From: Saprolegnia diclina VS20 | Taxonomy: Eukaryota | Length of the DNA: 64,000 bases | Reading direction: 5' to 3' | Assembly (NCBI RefSeq): GCF_000281045.1 | Contig: NW_008246138.1 | Span: forward strand, 98,734-162,733 | Part shown: positions 36,886 through 49,152 of the stretch, piece after piece | Layout of the letters: each line of letters begins with the position of its first letter | Position numbering within the stretch: position 1 is the first letter of the stretch | Position numbers and translations under genes: made by a program | The notes under the pieces: generated by a model | The model's input: the letters and a program-made list of their open reading frames with translations, nothing else | Database searches by the model: none | What the model was told of the DNA's origin: nothing

Positions 36886-39800
36886 TTACGCCTTCTTGAG
36901 CATAATGTTGAGCTGGTTGAAGAGCGATTCTTCGTGGACCTTGTCGATCGAGTCCTGCATCGCCTGGAGCGTCGCGACAAGCGTCGCGTGCGTCTCACCC
37001 GAGAACGCGTCGATTTGGTCAAAGCACTTGAGGATCGGGTACGCCGACGTCTGGTTGACCTTGCCGATGCGCGTGAACACCTCGATCATGAGGTCGCGGC
37101 CCTCCTGCGTCAAGACTGTGCGCTCGCGGATCTGCGTCAAGCCACGCGCGAGCGTGCGCGAGTGGTGCGTCTGGTTGATGTTGAAGTACGGCTGCGCCAT
37201 GAGCGCGCGGACCTGCGTCGCAAAGTCCGAGACGCTCAGCGACGAGATCGACGCAATGTAGCTCTCGAGCATCTCGGGCGTCGCCGACCACTCGGCCGCA
37301 ATGCGCTCCTGGACCGCCGCCCGGCCCTCGTACGACTCCATCTCCATGAGCTTGTGGAACGCCGCCTCCTTGTCGGTGACGAACGTCGCCTTGTTGAGCA
37401 TCTCGAGCGCGAGCGAAGGCGTGTCGACGACCACTTCGGACGGCAAGAGCGTCGGCAGCACAAGGGGCTTGGCGCCCGCGACGACAAGCGTGAGCAAGTG
37501 GCGCTTCAAGGCACGCTGGAGGAGCTGGTCCTTGTGCGGGCCCGGCACGGACGCGTTGATGAGCTCGTGGAGCTTAGCAACGATCGTCGATGCGTGCGCC
37601 GACCAGATCGACTGCAGGAGCGCGGTCGTCGCCGTAGCAATGTGGTCGTAGTGGTGGCTCAGATCAGCGCGCGACGTGATCGCGTTCTTCTCGTTCAGAA
37701 TGAGCGCGCGCACGGCCGGGTTGAGGTCCTCCGCAAAGAGGATCGACGCGTGGAGCTCGGCAAACGCGGGCGAAATGACCACGTCCGACTCGCCCCGCAC
37801 GAGCGCTTCGATCACACGCGCCTTCTCGGCGTCCGCGACCGCGCGGTACGCAAAGTACTTGTTGACAGCATCCGGGTCCGTGTTGGCCTGCTGGACGAGC
37901 GAGTCGCTCGACACGTTGAGCGGCTTGATCGTGCCAAAGAACGACCACTCGCGCGCGAACGAGAGGTAGTCGGGCTTGGTCGCCACGTCGCTCAAGACGA
38001 TCTCGCCCGACGCCTCCTTGAGCAAGTAGACGCCTTCGCGCACGGCCTGGCCGTCCGTGATGAGCGCATAGTCGATCGGGACCTCCCACGGGCCGGCCAC
38101 GTCCGTGCCGTCGAAGCGCTCAAAGCCCGTCTGCGTCATCTTGACCGTGTACGTCTGGGCGTCGGCGTCGTAGAAGGTCGAGTACGCGACCTCCGGGTGG
38201 TCCGGGCGCTTGAGCCAGAGGCGCGAAAAGTTGTGCAAGTCGAGGCCCGAGACCTCTTCCATGCAGCCAAACCAGTCGGCCGTCGTCGCGTTGCCGTAGA
38301 GGTACTTGGTGTAGTACTTGTCGAGCGCGACGTTGAACTGCTTGTAGCCGAGGATGAGCTCCACCATGCGCACAATCTCGGGCGCCTTCTGGTACGTGAC
38401 CGCCGACACAAGCTCCTGCGTCTGGTTGAAGCCTTCGGGCTCGACGCTGAGGCACGTCGCGGCCTTATCGAGCGCGATCGGACCGGTCGCCGGCGTAAAC
38501 ATGCGCGCGACGTCGCCGAGGCGGTGGTACTCCTGGCCAAAGATCGCGGCGTGGCGCTTGCGCTCCATGTGCACGGTCACGGCTTCGTTGAGCCAGATCT
38601 CGAACGGCGACTGGCCCGTGACCTCGCTGCCGTTGATGTTGTGGTAGTACTCGTGCACCTTGACGCGCTCCATGTACTCGTACGACATGTCGCCCATGCG
38701 GCACGTCGGGCACAAGCACGAGCTCACGATCGTGGTGTTGCCGACGTTCTCCATACCACCGTAGTTGGAGTTCTCCATACCGATCTCGCGGTAGATCTGG
38801 CCCGTGTACTTGTAGCCCGTCTTGGTCCAGACCGAGAGGAGCTGCTTGAGCTCGGCGCGGACGTCGGCCAAGCGCGCCGCGTCCTCGGGCGAGAGCTCGA
38901 CCGGCGCCGGCGCCTCTTCCTCCGTGCCAATGCACAAGGGAGCGGCCTTGGCCTTGAGCGCTTCGCGTTCGTTGAGGAGCGCGTAGATGGCCTTGCGCTC
39001 TTCGCAGTGGTCCGTGGCCTCGGGGCCCAAGCTCATCATGACCCAGAGAATCGAGTCGTGGAGCATCTGCACCGAGAGCTTGGCATCCTCGGGTTCGACC
39101 GACTGGGGGAACGCGAGGAGCTCGAGCAGCGTCGTGTCGCCGTCCGGGAACTCGAGCGTGCGGCGGTAGGTCACGTACGTGCCGACGCCCAAGAAGAAGA
39201 GGTACGGCGCCATGTTGACCGTGTGGTTGTGGTACTTAAGAGCGTGGCGCGACGCATCTTCGTGGCCCAAGACCTCGACCGCCTCGTGGTACACGGGCTT
39301 GCCGTCCGGCGTCGAAAAGCCGGGCGCGAGGTCGCCGTTTGTGATGATGTTGGTGTAGTTCTTGTCGGCGACGATCGTCGTCGTGTAGTACGCCTTGGCG
39401 TCCATCGTGTCGATGCACGGCACGATGCGCTGGAAGCCGTACTGCTGGCACTGCGTGATGATCGTGCGCGGGCAGCCTTCGGGTGTAAAGTCGTAGTACA
39501 GGCCCTCCAAGATGTTCTCGGTCGGACGCGCAATCGACTCGGTCAGAATCACAAACTCGTCGCCCGTCTGGACCGGCGTGTCGAGCTCGATGACCAAGAA
39601 GTGGTCGACCGTGTCGACAGTGTACGACAGCGGCGCGGCCGAGCCAAAGCTGGCCACGTGCGAGACAAAGTCACGCGTCTCGCCCAACGGCGTGAACGCG
39701 TGGAGACGCTCGACGCGCGTGATCTCGAGCGCCTTCGAATTGAGCTTGAGCACCGTCTTGGGCTCAGCGCCCGTGTACTTGAGCGTCGTCTGGAGCACGA

Positions 39801-39959
39801 CGCGGACCTAGCCAAGATAATGCTGAGCGCTTTGTTGGGTTTAGGCAGCAAGCAACATACTTCCTTCTCGGTCACGTCAAAGACCATGTCGAAGTGGAGC
39901 GGCTTGGTCTCGAGCGGCTCGAAGTCATGGCGCGTGTAGCGAAATTTCTTGGAGGCCAT
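36886..39959 (-). CDS. M1 family zinc aminopeptidase (PepN-like), 2 exons
   Basis: TQCQQYGFQRI, TNGDL, MAPYLFFL, YGGMENVG exopeptidase motif, HEYYH...WLNE zinc motif, VTYQKAPE. Confidence 0.92.
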
Positions 39960-40867
39960 GTCGTCTACGCACGGAAGCGCAGCATGAGACACCATGTTCT
40001 CGTCGGAAGCATGGCCATGCTCGTCGTCCTACGCGCCAGCATGGACCGTCCATGGGCGCGCAAGCGACGGGCAGGCAGAGTTGACGTCGTACCTGTGGCT
40101 TTCGAGAGCGATGGCAAATTGCGGAGTGGGCCCACGGAAGTCACCCTTTCGAAAACGTTTCCGGACGATCCATCCGGATACCGTGCCTTGTATCGACGTC
40201 CATCGTCCCACTCTCTCAAGCCGGCTGTTTGGATTGTACGTACGTGTACGTATTGACTTGGATTTGTATTGTAATGTACGACCGTACCGTACAAAAAGCC
40301 GACTGTTTACTCTTAGAAAGGCCACAGCTTGGAGGAGCGTGAAAACGCATCGGCACTTTCACGTGATTTAATTGTCGTCAATACAAATACCAAATGAAAG
40401 GCTGTCATAAAATAAATAAAGTGGATTGCAGTTCGGAGCCACTGGTCATCCTAGGGCTGGGGCTGGTGACGGATCCAAGTCCCAGCGTCCGCGCCTTTCT
40501 TTCGAGTTCGTTTGAAGTTCAATTTGGGACGAGACTCGAAACGTCTTGAGGTTTGTATGCGTGACACGAACGACGGGTTAGTAGACGCAGCAAACGAACG
40601 AAGCCGGCAATGGCCCACGACACCGCTGGTCGAATTAATTAGTCGGGTGCATCTCCGGACCAAGCCAGCAGATATCGCAGCTTCACAAGTGAGCAGAGTG
40701 CGTGATGACGCATCGGTCCGAGGCTGTGCTCGAGCGAACTCAGAGTGGTTTGCACCCAATCTTGTTAAAACGTTAACGCGCCTATGAGGCTCCTTGGGCC
40801 GTCGCGAGTACGTTCACGTCATGAAAGGGGTTTATACTTAAGGATGTCTTTTCTAAAGCATCTATCT

Positions 40868-42220
40868 CTACACAGTACCATACATGGTGCGTCGTGGATT
40901 TGCCAGTGGTAGCTGTTTGCGCGGTGCTGGCGGTCCGGCCGCCGTGACGACGAGGATTGTGCCGGCAATGACAATGCCGCTGCCGAGGCACGTGACGGCG
41001 CCTGGGACAGTCGCAACACCCGCGGCGACGCCAAATAGCGCGGCCAAAATCGGTTGCAATAGCATCGTGATCGACACGACGAGCGGGTCAAAGTACGCGA
41101 GGACGCGGATGAAACCCATGCGCCCGCCAAAGTCGCAGACGGCGACGAGGTAAAACTCAATTGGAAGCCGGTCGAGTTGCCAATTCGCCCAGCCGAAGAG
41201 ACCGATTGACGCGTCGTGCGAGAACTCGTAGGTCTCGCCAAGGCACCACATCGTCGGGAGGAGGAGGAGACACACGACGGTCGAATGGCAGAGCATAAAG
41301 AGCATGAACGGCATGCGCTCGCTGATGACTTTGGCCTGCACGAGGTACACGACAGCTCCGATCGCGCCGAGGAACGCGCCGGCATCGCCAAGCAGGCTCG
41401 GCCCGACAATGTCCGAGTTGGCGAGCGGCGCGCCCGTCGAGTCCATCGCCGTCACAATGCTGCCGGCAATACCCACAAGCGTCCCAAAACCTTCGGCAAA
41501 CGCCACGACGTCGCCGCAGAGCGCTCGGTAGATCACAAGAAGGAGCGAGTGGCAGTTGTTGAGCACGTACACGTGGGCGATCGATGTGTGTGCGAGCGCC
41601 CAGTTGAACGACGAGTTCCAGAGCGTGAAGCCCGCCGCGCAAATCAGAATCCGGCGCGCCGTGTCTCTCGGTTGTTCCATGTGCAGCCACGTGCCGCGCT
41701 GGACGAGCGATTGCACTAGAACGATGAGCGCGAGGACCATGGCGCTGCCGCTGACCTTCCAAAAGAGCTTGAGCACGGGCGAGACGTCCTTCTCGAGGTC
41801 GAACGCAATGCCGAGCGACGAGACCGACGCGAAGGACGAGAGGAGGGTCGCAATCCCAATGCACTTGTTGGCGGTCGCTGCCTTGTGCGCGGCAGCGTCG
41901 TCGCGCTTCTTGTCCGCGAGCAGAACCCACTGGTCTTGCGGCACGTGATTCATGAGAAATAGGCGGCTCGTGAGCGTCTCGAGCGACGACCGCTCCTTGA
42001 GCGTCAATTCGTCAAACGGCTCGTCAATCTGCGCGGCGTTCGGCGACGCTTCGCTCGTCTTGTCGTACTTGGCGAGGAGCCGCGTCTCGACCGACTCAAA
42101 GTCCTCGGGCCCGGGCTCATGCTCGTCAAAGTGGTCCCAGTATGGGTCCATCGGGGCCTCCATGCGTCGTGACTGGCTCATGCGCTCTTGATAAATGAGC
42201 TCTGAGGACGAGAGAGGCAT
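40868..42220 (-). CDS. Drug/metabolite transporter (EamA/DMT family)
   Basis: 450 aa with about 10 TM segments; HTSIAH, GDAGAFLGAIG, DPLVVSITMLLQP motifs. Confidence 0.85.
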   Translation of the reverse strand: MPLSSSELIYQERMSQSRRMEAPMDPYWDHFDEHEPGPEDFESVETRLLAKYDKTSEASPNAAQIDEPFDELTLKERSSLETLTSRLFLMNHVPQDQWVLLADKKRDDAAAHKAATANKCIGIATLLSSFASVSSLGIAFDLEKDVSPVLKLFWKVSGSAMVLALIVLVQSLVQRGTWLHMEQPRDTARRILICAAGFTLWNSSFNWALAHTSIAHVYVLNNCHSLLLVIYRALCGDVVAFAEGFGTLVGIAGSIVTAMDSTGAPLANSDIVGPSLLGDAGAFLGAIGAVVYLVQAKVISERMPFMLFMLCHSTVVCLLLLPTMWCLGETYEFSHDASIGLFGWANWQLDRLPIEFYLVAVCDFGGRMGFIRVLAYFDPLVVSITMLLQPILAALFGVAAGVATVPGAVTCLGSGIVIAGTILVVTAAGPPAPRKQLPLANPRRTMYGTV

Positions 42221-42540
42221 GGCGCGCGTATTCTCGCCTCATCGACACGCACCGTTTGACCAGATGGACGGTATCCGGAAACTTGATAGTGTGTTTTTGA
42301 TAGCGTAAAATACGATACACTTTGTTTTTTTGGACGCCGTATCGTATTTTCCCCAAGACACATCTCCAGGCCATGAAGCCTGAGTTGTTGCCGCGATCCT
42401 GTCCTAGCTGCACCAAGGTGCTTAACAACGTCGTCGGGTCGCGCATTAGCTACGTACGGTAACGAGTCCAACTGCCACGTACGGTGTACTAGTACGCGAG
42501 GGCCATTAGGGCAGACCCGCGCATAGACGGCGCACGTCTT

Positions 42541-42589
42541 GCGACCGCGTCGGCAGTATCGTGACCGAGTCGGCAGTATCGCGACCGAG
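42541..42589. repeat. 20-bp tandem repeat (~2.5 copies), intergenic
   Basis: gcgaccgcgtcggcagtatc gtgaccgagtcggcagtatc gcgaccgag. Confidence 0.8.
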
Positions 42590-42785
42590 ACGACTCCAGA
42601 GCTTTCTACTCGACGCTGTGCGCCTTGGGTGGGTTCATCGGTAGCTGTTGTCGTCGCTGGCTCTGAACTGTCGATCGAAATGATCGTGGTTATGCCACCA
42701 CCAGGTCCGTGCTTATGCACCCAAACATTCCACTGTCATAAGCATGTCAGTCAAGTAACTACTACTTCTCGGGACTGTTGAGTAA

Positions 42786-45483
42786 CTACTTCTCGAGACT
42801 GTTGAGATCGACCAAGTGGCGCATTGTAGGGCGCCTAGTAACCGTATCCTAAGCCACCATCTAGAAAAAGCGCAAGCACTCACCCGTGGGGACAGTTCCA
42901 AGGCTGGTCCAGCACCGCGAGCTGCGTCACAATCTAGTCCACTTCGTCGATCGCGTTCAACATCGTTGGGCGGAATACCTTGAGCATCTCTTCCTTGTGC
43001 AGCGCGGTCCCAATCATAACGGCGCTCCGGCACGCGCGCGAGGCAAACATGGACGTGACTTTGGGCAGGCGCAGCGTCTGCGCTTGGTGCGGCGCCTCCA
43101 TCAAGAGCGACGCCAGCTCCCGAACGTCTAGCGCCAAGCAATAGCAAATTCAAGTCGATGCGGTGGTGGTGGTAGTACCTGCGAGGCCAAACGTCGTGTG
43201 CTTGCTGAACGGCAGCGCCGTGAGATGCAGCTTTTGCGTCACGGGCGCCGCGTGGTTGACAGAGAAGTGAAAGCCCTGCTTCTCAAAGATCGGCATGTGC
43301 TCGAGGATCGTCATCTCTTCGACGGCCGTCACTTCCAAGCGCAGCGGGCGGACCAGCGGCTGCTGGTGCAGTACGGTGGACTTTTGCAGCGTCTCGAACC
43401 GGAACTTTTCATCACTTGCGTGCTGGTCAATGATGTACAGGTCCCGGCCACAACGCGCAATGATAAATCCCAAGTTGAACTGCCCCACAATGTCCATGCG
43501 CAAGAAATCGTCCTACGTCCGTGTTTCGAACTCAAGTTTGCATCCTTGCAGTGGAGTACCTTGGTCAGAGTTCGCTGGAGGCGCGCGGTCGCCGCTACTT
43601 CGTCTTCGCTCTCGATGCTACTGACGCCGTCCCCAGTGTACACCAGCGCATCGAGCTCGCTTTGTCGTTGGAAATACCGCTGGCGTTGGGCGCGGATGTC
43701 GGCCATCGACATGCGACCAACACACGGCGGGAACGACTTGAGTGGCAACGACTCGCGGCGCTTGGGCTTCGTCGGTGGCGTCGCAGCAGGCGACTGCGTC
43801 GGGGTCGGGCGCGCACCGGTGCTCTCACGGCGCGGCGGCTTGGCAGACGTTGGTGTCGTCAAGAGCGAAAACTTTGCAGGGACTGGCGCTTTGGGCGGAG
43901 GGCTNNNNNNNNNNNNNNNNNNNNNNNNNNNNNNNNNNNNNNNNNNNNNNNNNNNNNNNNNNNNNNNNNNNNNNNNNNNNNNNNNNNNNNNNNNNNNNNN
44001 NNNNNNNNNNNNNNNNNNNNNNNNNNNNNNNNNNNNNNNNNNNNNNNNNNNNNNNNNNNNNNNNNNNNNNNNNNNNNNNNNNNNNNNNNNNNNNNNNNNN
44101 NNNNNNNNNNNNNNNNNNNNNNNNNNNNNNNNNNNNNNNNNNNNNNNNNNNNNNNNNNNNNNNNNNNNNNNNNNNNNNNNNNNNNNNNNCTGCTTCTGAG
44201 ACGGCTTGGGCGTGAACGAAGACGTCTGGGACGAACTCGAGATGAGCGACTGCACTTGGAACGTGCCGCGCGTTGGCTCGTACAGAGCGAGGAGCTCTTC
44301 TCGGAGCGCTTCCATCACTGCGACTTCCTACGCACCTCGCTTGTCCCGTGGTTGTTGGCGAGCATGTATATATACCTCTTTGATAAAGGTCTCGCGCTTG
44401 TCGGGCGTCACGTTGACGTCAAAGCAGCCATTTGCTAGCCGAAAGTCGATGAAACACGCTGGCTTGTGCTTCATTTCAAACTGCCGCCACACTTCGTTGA
44501 CAGCCTTGGTCGCCTACATATGGACCGTGATGCTCTTGCATAACGTGGGCATCGGACGTGCGGTCGAGAGGTCAACGGGCCGCCCGTTGACGTAGAAGAA
44601 CTGCCGGTCGTTGTCGCTGCGGCCAACGCCGTCGCCAACGCGCGAGATGAAGCCGGTGATCGTGGCGCTTTCGCTGCCGATACTCACACTCGTTTGAACC
44701 GGCAAGAGGCTTTTGAAAAACTTGGTGCCATAAATGTTGGCCAAATTCTCGCCCATGCCCGCGTTCTTCTGCGTCGATAGGATGGCTTGTCGCGCGTTGT
44801 TCTTGCCTGCAAAGTTGATGACCGAGAGCTGAACGTTGGCCGTGATGATGGCGTATCCCTGATACCAAAGCGTTACTCTATAAGAAGCAGTGACGTGCCA
44901 ACCTGCAGTGTCTTGAGCAGCTTGCCGTAGTGGCGCTTGATGTTCTTGACAAAGTCCTTGTGGCGCACGGCCAGCGGCTTGAAAAGGTCTTCAACGATGA
45001 CGGTCGTACCGACGGGGCGTGCCTTCTTAACCTACAGTAGACGACGTTCGCCCGTGCACAGGGCCATAGGCGGTGTACCGATGAGACGAGGGCGCCAGCG
45101 TGGTCGTACGTGAGAAGCGTGCCAAGCTCGTCGTCCTTGGTGCGCGTCAGCACCGAAAAGGCGCTGGCGAGCTGGCAAATGGAGCTCAGCGCCTCGCCGC
45201 GAAAGCCAAATGAAGCGATGGACTCGAGGTCTTCGAAGGCCGAGATCTTGGACGTGTAGTGCTTGAGCGCCAGCGCGTCGTGGTCGGCGGCGGGCACGCC
45301 CTTGCCGTTGTCGCTCACCTCGAAGCCGACTTGGCCGTACTCCTTGAGCTTGACCTCGATGTGGGTCGCGCCAGCATCGAGCGCGTTCTCGACGAGCTCC
45401 TTGACGGCCGTCGCAAGGTCGACGACCGACTGCCCGCTGCAGATCTTCTGCACATCGCGCTTCGGGATGCTCTTGAGCGCCAT
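42786..45483 (-). CDS. PMS2: MutL-family mismatch repair endonuclease PMS2 (yeast PMS1), multi-exon, interrupted by N gap 43905-44189
   Basis: [71 protein letters not shown] endonuclease motif, [22 protein letters not shown]. Confidence 0.93.
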
Positions 45484-45792
45484 GGAACTTGGCTCTTCCG
45501 TCCAAGATCGCCGCCAAGCGCTTGCAAAATGGCACCGGCGCCATCTTGATTTTTATTTTATTCAGCATCGCGGTCGCCGTATTTTAATCATTTCATCTCT
45601 TAAATACTGGACGTATGTATTGAGACTAGTGCTGATATACAATACACGTAAAATAATACAAGGTAATAGAAAACGCACCAATCAAAATCGGCGAAATCCG
45701 GCGCCTCCGGATACACTCGGCGACGTTCTAAAAAAAGATCAGATTGACGTTGGCCCAGCTTCCATCAGTGAGCAATCCGCCGACCAAGAAGC

Positions 45793-46935
45793 ATGAGCCT
45801 GCGATCCGGAACGCATGGGAAGCCCAAGCCAGCGCTGACGGTACGCATCATGCTGCGCTCGATGAGGCTCATGCGGCTGGTAGATCATGGACAAGAAGCT
45901 GCCTGTGAACCCCAAGTACAAGGATACGCAGAGCAAGCTCAACACGGGCAACACGGTCAACAACGTCCGCTTGATCTGTACGCAGGATGCTGCTCATGAG
46001 AAGACGTGATCGCTCATGGAGGATGCTGCTTGTAGCGAGCAAAGAGTTTCTCAAGCGCCGGGACGAGTCCTTCCGCCGCATTACGCCCAAGTGCTTGGCC
46101 GATCTCTTCAACGAGTACGAGGACGTTGGGAAAGGCTGCGACAGCGCGTCGCCAGAGATGGTGGCGCGCATGGTCAAGAACGCGAAAGGCGAGTACGTCA
46201 TGGAGCGCCACGCCGCCGATGACAACCAAGCGCAATCGGGCGGCCCGCGCGTCGTGAGCTACGACGCTGAGGAGCGCGAAGAGTACGAAGCCCCGTACCT
46301 TATCTTGGACACGCGGCCGCGCGAAGAGTTTGTCGAGAACCGCATCCATCGAGGTACATCGAGCAGCTCATCGGAAGGTCTGACAAGGAATTAGCGAAAT
46401 CGTTTCCGACGGCCTTTCTGTGCCGAGACCAATTCCTACCCGAGATGCACCAATTCGTACGTGCCTCATCACTATGTGTGGGTGTCGTGAACCCTCGCCA
46501 TAGAAAAACCAAGAGAGCAAGCTCATCATCGTCTACTGCCTCGACGAAAAGCTGTCCGTCCAGGCCGCGACGCTGCTCGGCCAAAAAGGCTTCGACAACA
46601 TCTACCTGCTCACCGGTGGCCTCAGCGAGTACGCGGCCGCCAACCCCGAGCACATTGAGGGCACGCCGCCGCCACTCCCCAAGGGCCACGCGAGCCGCGA
46701 CAAGAAGGCGACCAAAGACGTCTACCGGTCCGGGTCAGCCATGTCGAGCGCCGCCAGTGTCAAGAGCATGGCGACACGCAAAAGAGACAACGAGTCGGAT
46801 GCGAGCTCGATCGCCAGTGCTCGCTCGGTCGCGGACTCGGTCATCTCCAAGGCGACTGCCCGGAAGTCCAGCGTCCAGCACGGGGGCAGCGGCAGCCGCG
46901 GTCGCGCCGCGGCCCCTGGCACCAACTTTCGATAG
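45793..46935 (+). CDS. CEP41: Centrosomal/ciliary protein CEP41-like (rhodanese domain), multi-exon
   Basis: KKLPVNPKYKDTQSKLNTG N-terminal motif; rhodanese core YLILDTR..EEF..NRI, LIIVYC, KGFDNIYLLTGGL. Confidence 0.75.
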
Positions 46936-46995
46936 AGCTTCCACAATCGTCGCATAAGATTCAAAGAGAAAGGGCGAAAGGTACATTTTAGCGAC

Positions 46996-47334
46996 TTAGG
47001 GCTTGTGCAAGGCGGCCGCAAACTCGTCCATCTTCTTGGCCATGCTAATGTCGTTCGTCGAGAGACCGCCGCAGTCGTGCGTGCTGAGCGTGACGTCCAC
47101 GCGGTTGTAGACATTGAACCACTCGGGGTGATGGCAGCCCTGCTCGGCGATTAGCGCCGTCCGGGACATGAAGCTCCACGCCTCGTTGAAGTCGCGGAAT
47201 TCAAAGTTGCGCGTAATGGCGTCGCGGCCGTCGACGAGCTTCCAGGACGGATCGATTGTCGCGAGGGCAGTCGCCCGCTCGGCCGCGGTCAGCCGCTTCG
47301 GGATCGACGTGCTCATGAACCGGCGGAGCAGCAT
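46996..47334 (-). CDS. PCBD: Pterin-4-alpha-carbinolamine dehydratase
   Basis: FEFRDFNEAWSFMSRTALIAEQGCHHPEWFNVYNRVDVTLSTHDCGGLS; presequence-like MLLRRFMST. Confidence 0.93.
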   Translation of the reverse strand: MLLRRFMSTSIPKRLTAAERATALATIDPSWKLVDGRDAITRNFEFRDFNEAWSFMSRTALIAEQGCHHPEWFNVYNRVDVTLSTHDCGGLSTNDISMAKKMDEFAAALHKP

Positions 47335-47372
47335 GTTGACAAATGCGCTGCTGGATGATTGCAAACCACACG

Positions 47373-47407
47373 CATCCGGATACGCACACTGCCATAGTAT
47401 CCGGATG
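47373..47407. promoter_or_regulatory. Paired palindromic (G)TATCCGGATAC-like motif upstream of the pterin dehydratase gene
   Basis: catccggatac at 47373 and gtatccggatg at 47397; recurs upstream of several other genes (see findings). Confidence 0.5.
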
Positions 47408-47623
47408 ATATGGTGACAGCCAATCGGAGCGCTTGACGATCGCTTGTTTCCACCAATCAAGAGTCTCACAAGTGACCTGGATCGGCCCCATCCAACACCG
47501 TTGAGCTCTATTGTCGTCGAAGAAGAGATGTCAAGGGGTGATACTAACACAGCCTATATACAAGTACTACACAAGCGGATGTTTTATATATACAGCAAAT
47601 CCACTATTCCTAACCGAAGTAGT

Positions 47624-48790
47624 CTAGTCGCGAATCGCGTGGAACGACCGCGACGCAAAGCGGACAATGTCCGAAACGAGCGAGCTGATCGCGCCACACA
47701 CAGTGTCCCAGATCCATGCGATCGGCGAACACGACTTGCGCGGCGCGAGGGGTGTCTTCTTGCGCGGCAAGAGCGGCGTCATCTCAGTCGGGTGCTCCGA
47801 CTCCTTGTTGGGCGCGGCGAGCGTCGTCTTCTCGAGCAATATGTAGTACTCTTGCTCGAGCGCCGCCAGCGACATCTTGAGGCCGTTCATCGTGCACTGC
47901 ATGAAGCTCGCGTCTTGCTCGGCTGCCTGCAATCGCGTCACCAGCACCGTGCGAGCAGCTTCCGACGAGGCGTGCGCGGCCTCGAGGTCCGCCACGATGG
48001 CTTCGAGGCGCTGGATCTTCTGTTGCTTGATATCGTTCGCCATGACCCAGCGGCCCTCGCGCTCCGCGAGGTCGGCCACGCGCACGGTCAAGTCGCGCAC
48101 TTGAATGGCGCACTCGTCGCGCTCGAGCTGGAGCTTCTTGGTCGCGTGACTTAGGTGGATCTTGGCACTGAGGTTCGTCTCGTGCTCGCGTTCGAGATGC
48201 ATGTACGCTTCCTTGAGATTAGCGTGGTCCTTCAGACACGCCATAGCTTTGTTGCGCCAAAAGAGGATCTCGTGGTCCTGCTTGGCGATCGCGTCGTCGC
48301 ATGTGGCTTTCTCCCGCTCGATCGCGTGCAGCCGCTGTTCGAGGTCGATGCACTTTTGTACGGCTCGCGGTTGGTGGTGCGGTACATCCGAGTCAAGCGA
48401 CGCCGTTCGCACCAAGTGGCCACAGCGCGCGGCCAGCGCATCGCGCTCCTTCTCCAGCACAAAGTACTTTTCGACGAGAAGCTGGCCGTTGGCGGCCGCG
48501 GCCTCGAGAAGATACCTCTGCTCTTCAATCTCGGCGAGGGCCGTCGCAAGCTTGCTACGGAGTGAGCGGTTGCGCGGTGGCCGAGCGTCGTCGCTCGTTG
48601 CTGGCTCGGCGGGTGCCAGCGCCAGCTGCAGCTCGTCGCTGCCCTTGGTGAGTCCGTGGTGGTCGTCGTTGCTGTTGCTGTTGTTGTTGTCGCTGTCGCT
48701 ACTGCTGTCGTCCTCGAGCCCATGGCCTCGGGACATGATCGCCAGCCGTGAGATTGGTGTGTGTCGGGAAGTAGCCCCATCGTCTGCCAT
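47624..48790 (-). CDS. Long coiled-coil protein with CC1-box-like AAxxG motif
   Basis: 388 aa heptad-rich ORF with LEAAAANGQLLVEK and an amphipathic/hydrophobic C-terminal helix; the start may be 48736. Confidence 0.65.
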   Translation of the reverse strand: MADDGATSRHTPISRLAIMSRGHGLEDDSSSDSDNNNSNSNDDHHGLTKGSDELQLALAPAEPATSDDARPPRNRSLRSKLATALAEIEEQRYLLEAAAANGQLLVEKYFVLEKERDALAARCGHLVRTASLDSDVPHHQPRAVQKCIDLEQRLHAIEREKATCDDAIAKQDHEILFWRNKAMACLKDHANLKEAYMHLEREHETNLSAKIHLSHATKKLQLERDECAIQVRDLTVRVADLAEREGRWVMANDIKQQKIQRLEAIVADLEAAHASSEAARTVLVTRLQAAEQDASFMQCTMNGLKMSLAALEQEYYILLEKTTLAAPNKESEHPTEMTPLLPRKKTPLAPRKSCSPIAWIWDTVCGAISSLVSDIVRFASRSFHAIRD

Positions 48791-49152
48791 CTTCCTTCTG
48801 CCGGCCGGTCAGCCTCCTTCCGTTCAAAGATCGGCCATTTTGGCCAATCCGTGCATTTAACGCGTTTTTACGCTCGCGACCAAAAAGACACGCAACGGCA
48901 CCCAGTTGAGAAAAACGCGTTTTTTACATGGCAATCTTCAATCACAGCCCAGCGTGCCACGACACTGATGGGAGGCCAGCGACGCTCTGAGCCGCACTGA
49001 GCCTATCTATGGCGCGATCCTTTGGCCGATCATTGGACCGTTCTCCGCGCCTTTAACGCGTCGGGAGCATCTCTGATTCAACAGATTACATGGTGCACTT
49101 CAAGCAGTCGGCGCAGTAGCCGAGCCTTCTAAATTTAGCTGCAGCTGCCACC

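Noticed and set aside
36871..39939. 1022-aa + strand ORF antisense to the aminopeptidase
   Set aside because: Shadow ORF caused by GC3-biased codons on the coding strand; no motifs. The same applies to other long antisense ORFs (e.g. 49945-51465, 57667-59199, 788-1570).
40421..40500. GC-rich hairpin (GCTGGGGCT...AGTCCCAGC) beside an A-rich tract, faintly like an SRP Alu domain or SINE
   Set aside because: No SRP S-domain, tRNA cloverleaf or A/B boxes could be identified; a single hairpin is not enough.
42754..42806. ~24-bp imperfect tandem duplication at the PMS2 stop codon
   Set aside because: Small slippage duplication in the 3' flank with no evident function.
43905..44189. Apparent break in PMS2
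   Set aside because: An N gap in the low-complexity linker; both flanking domains are intact, so this is not evidence of pseudogenisation.
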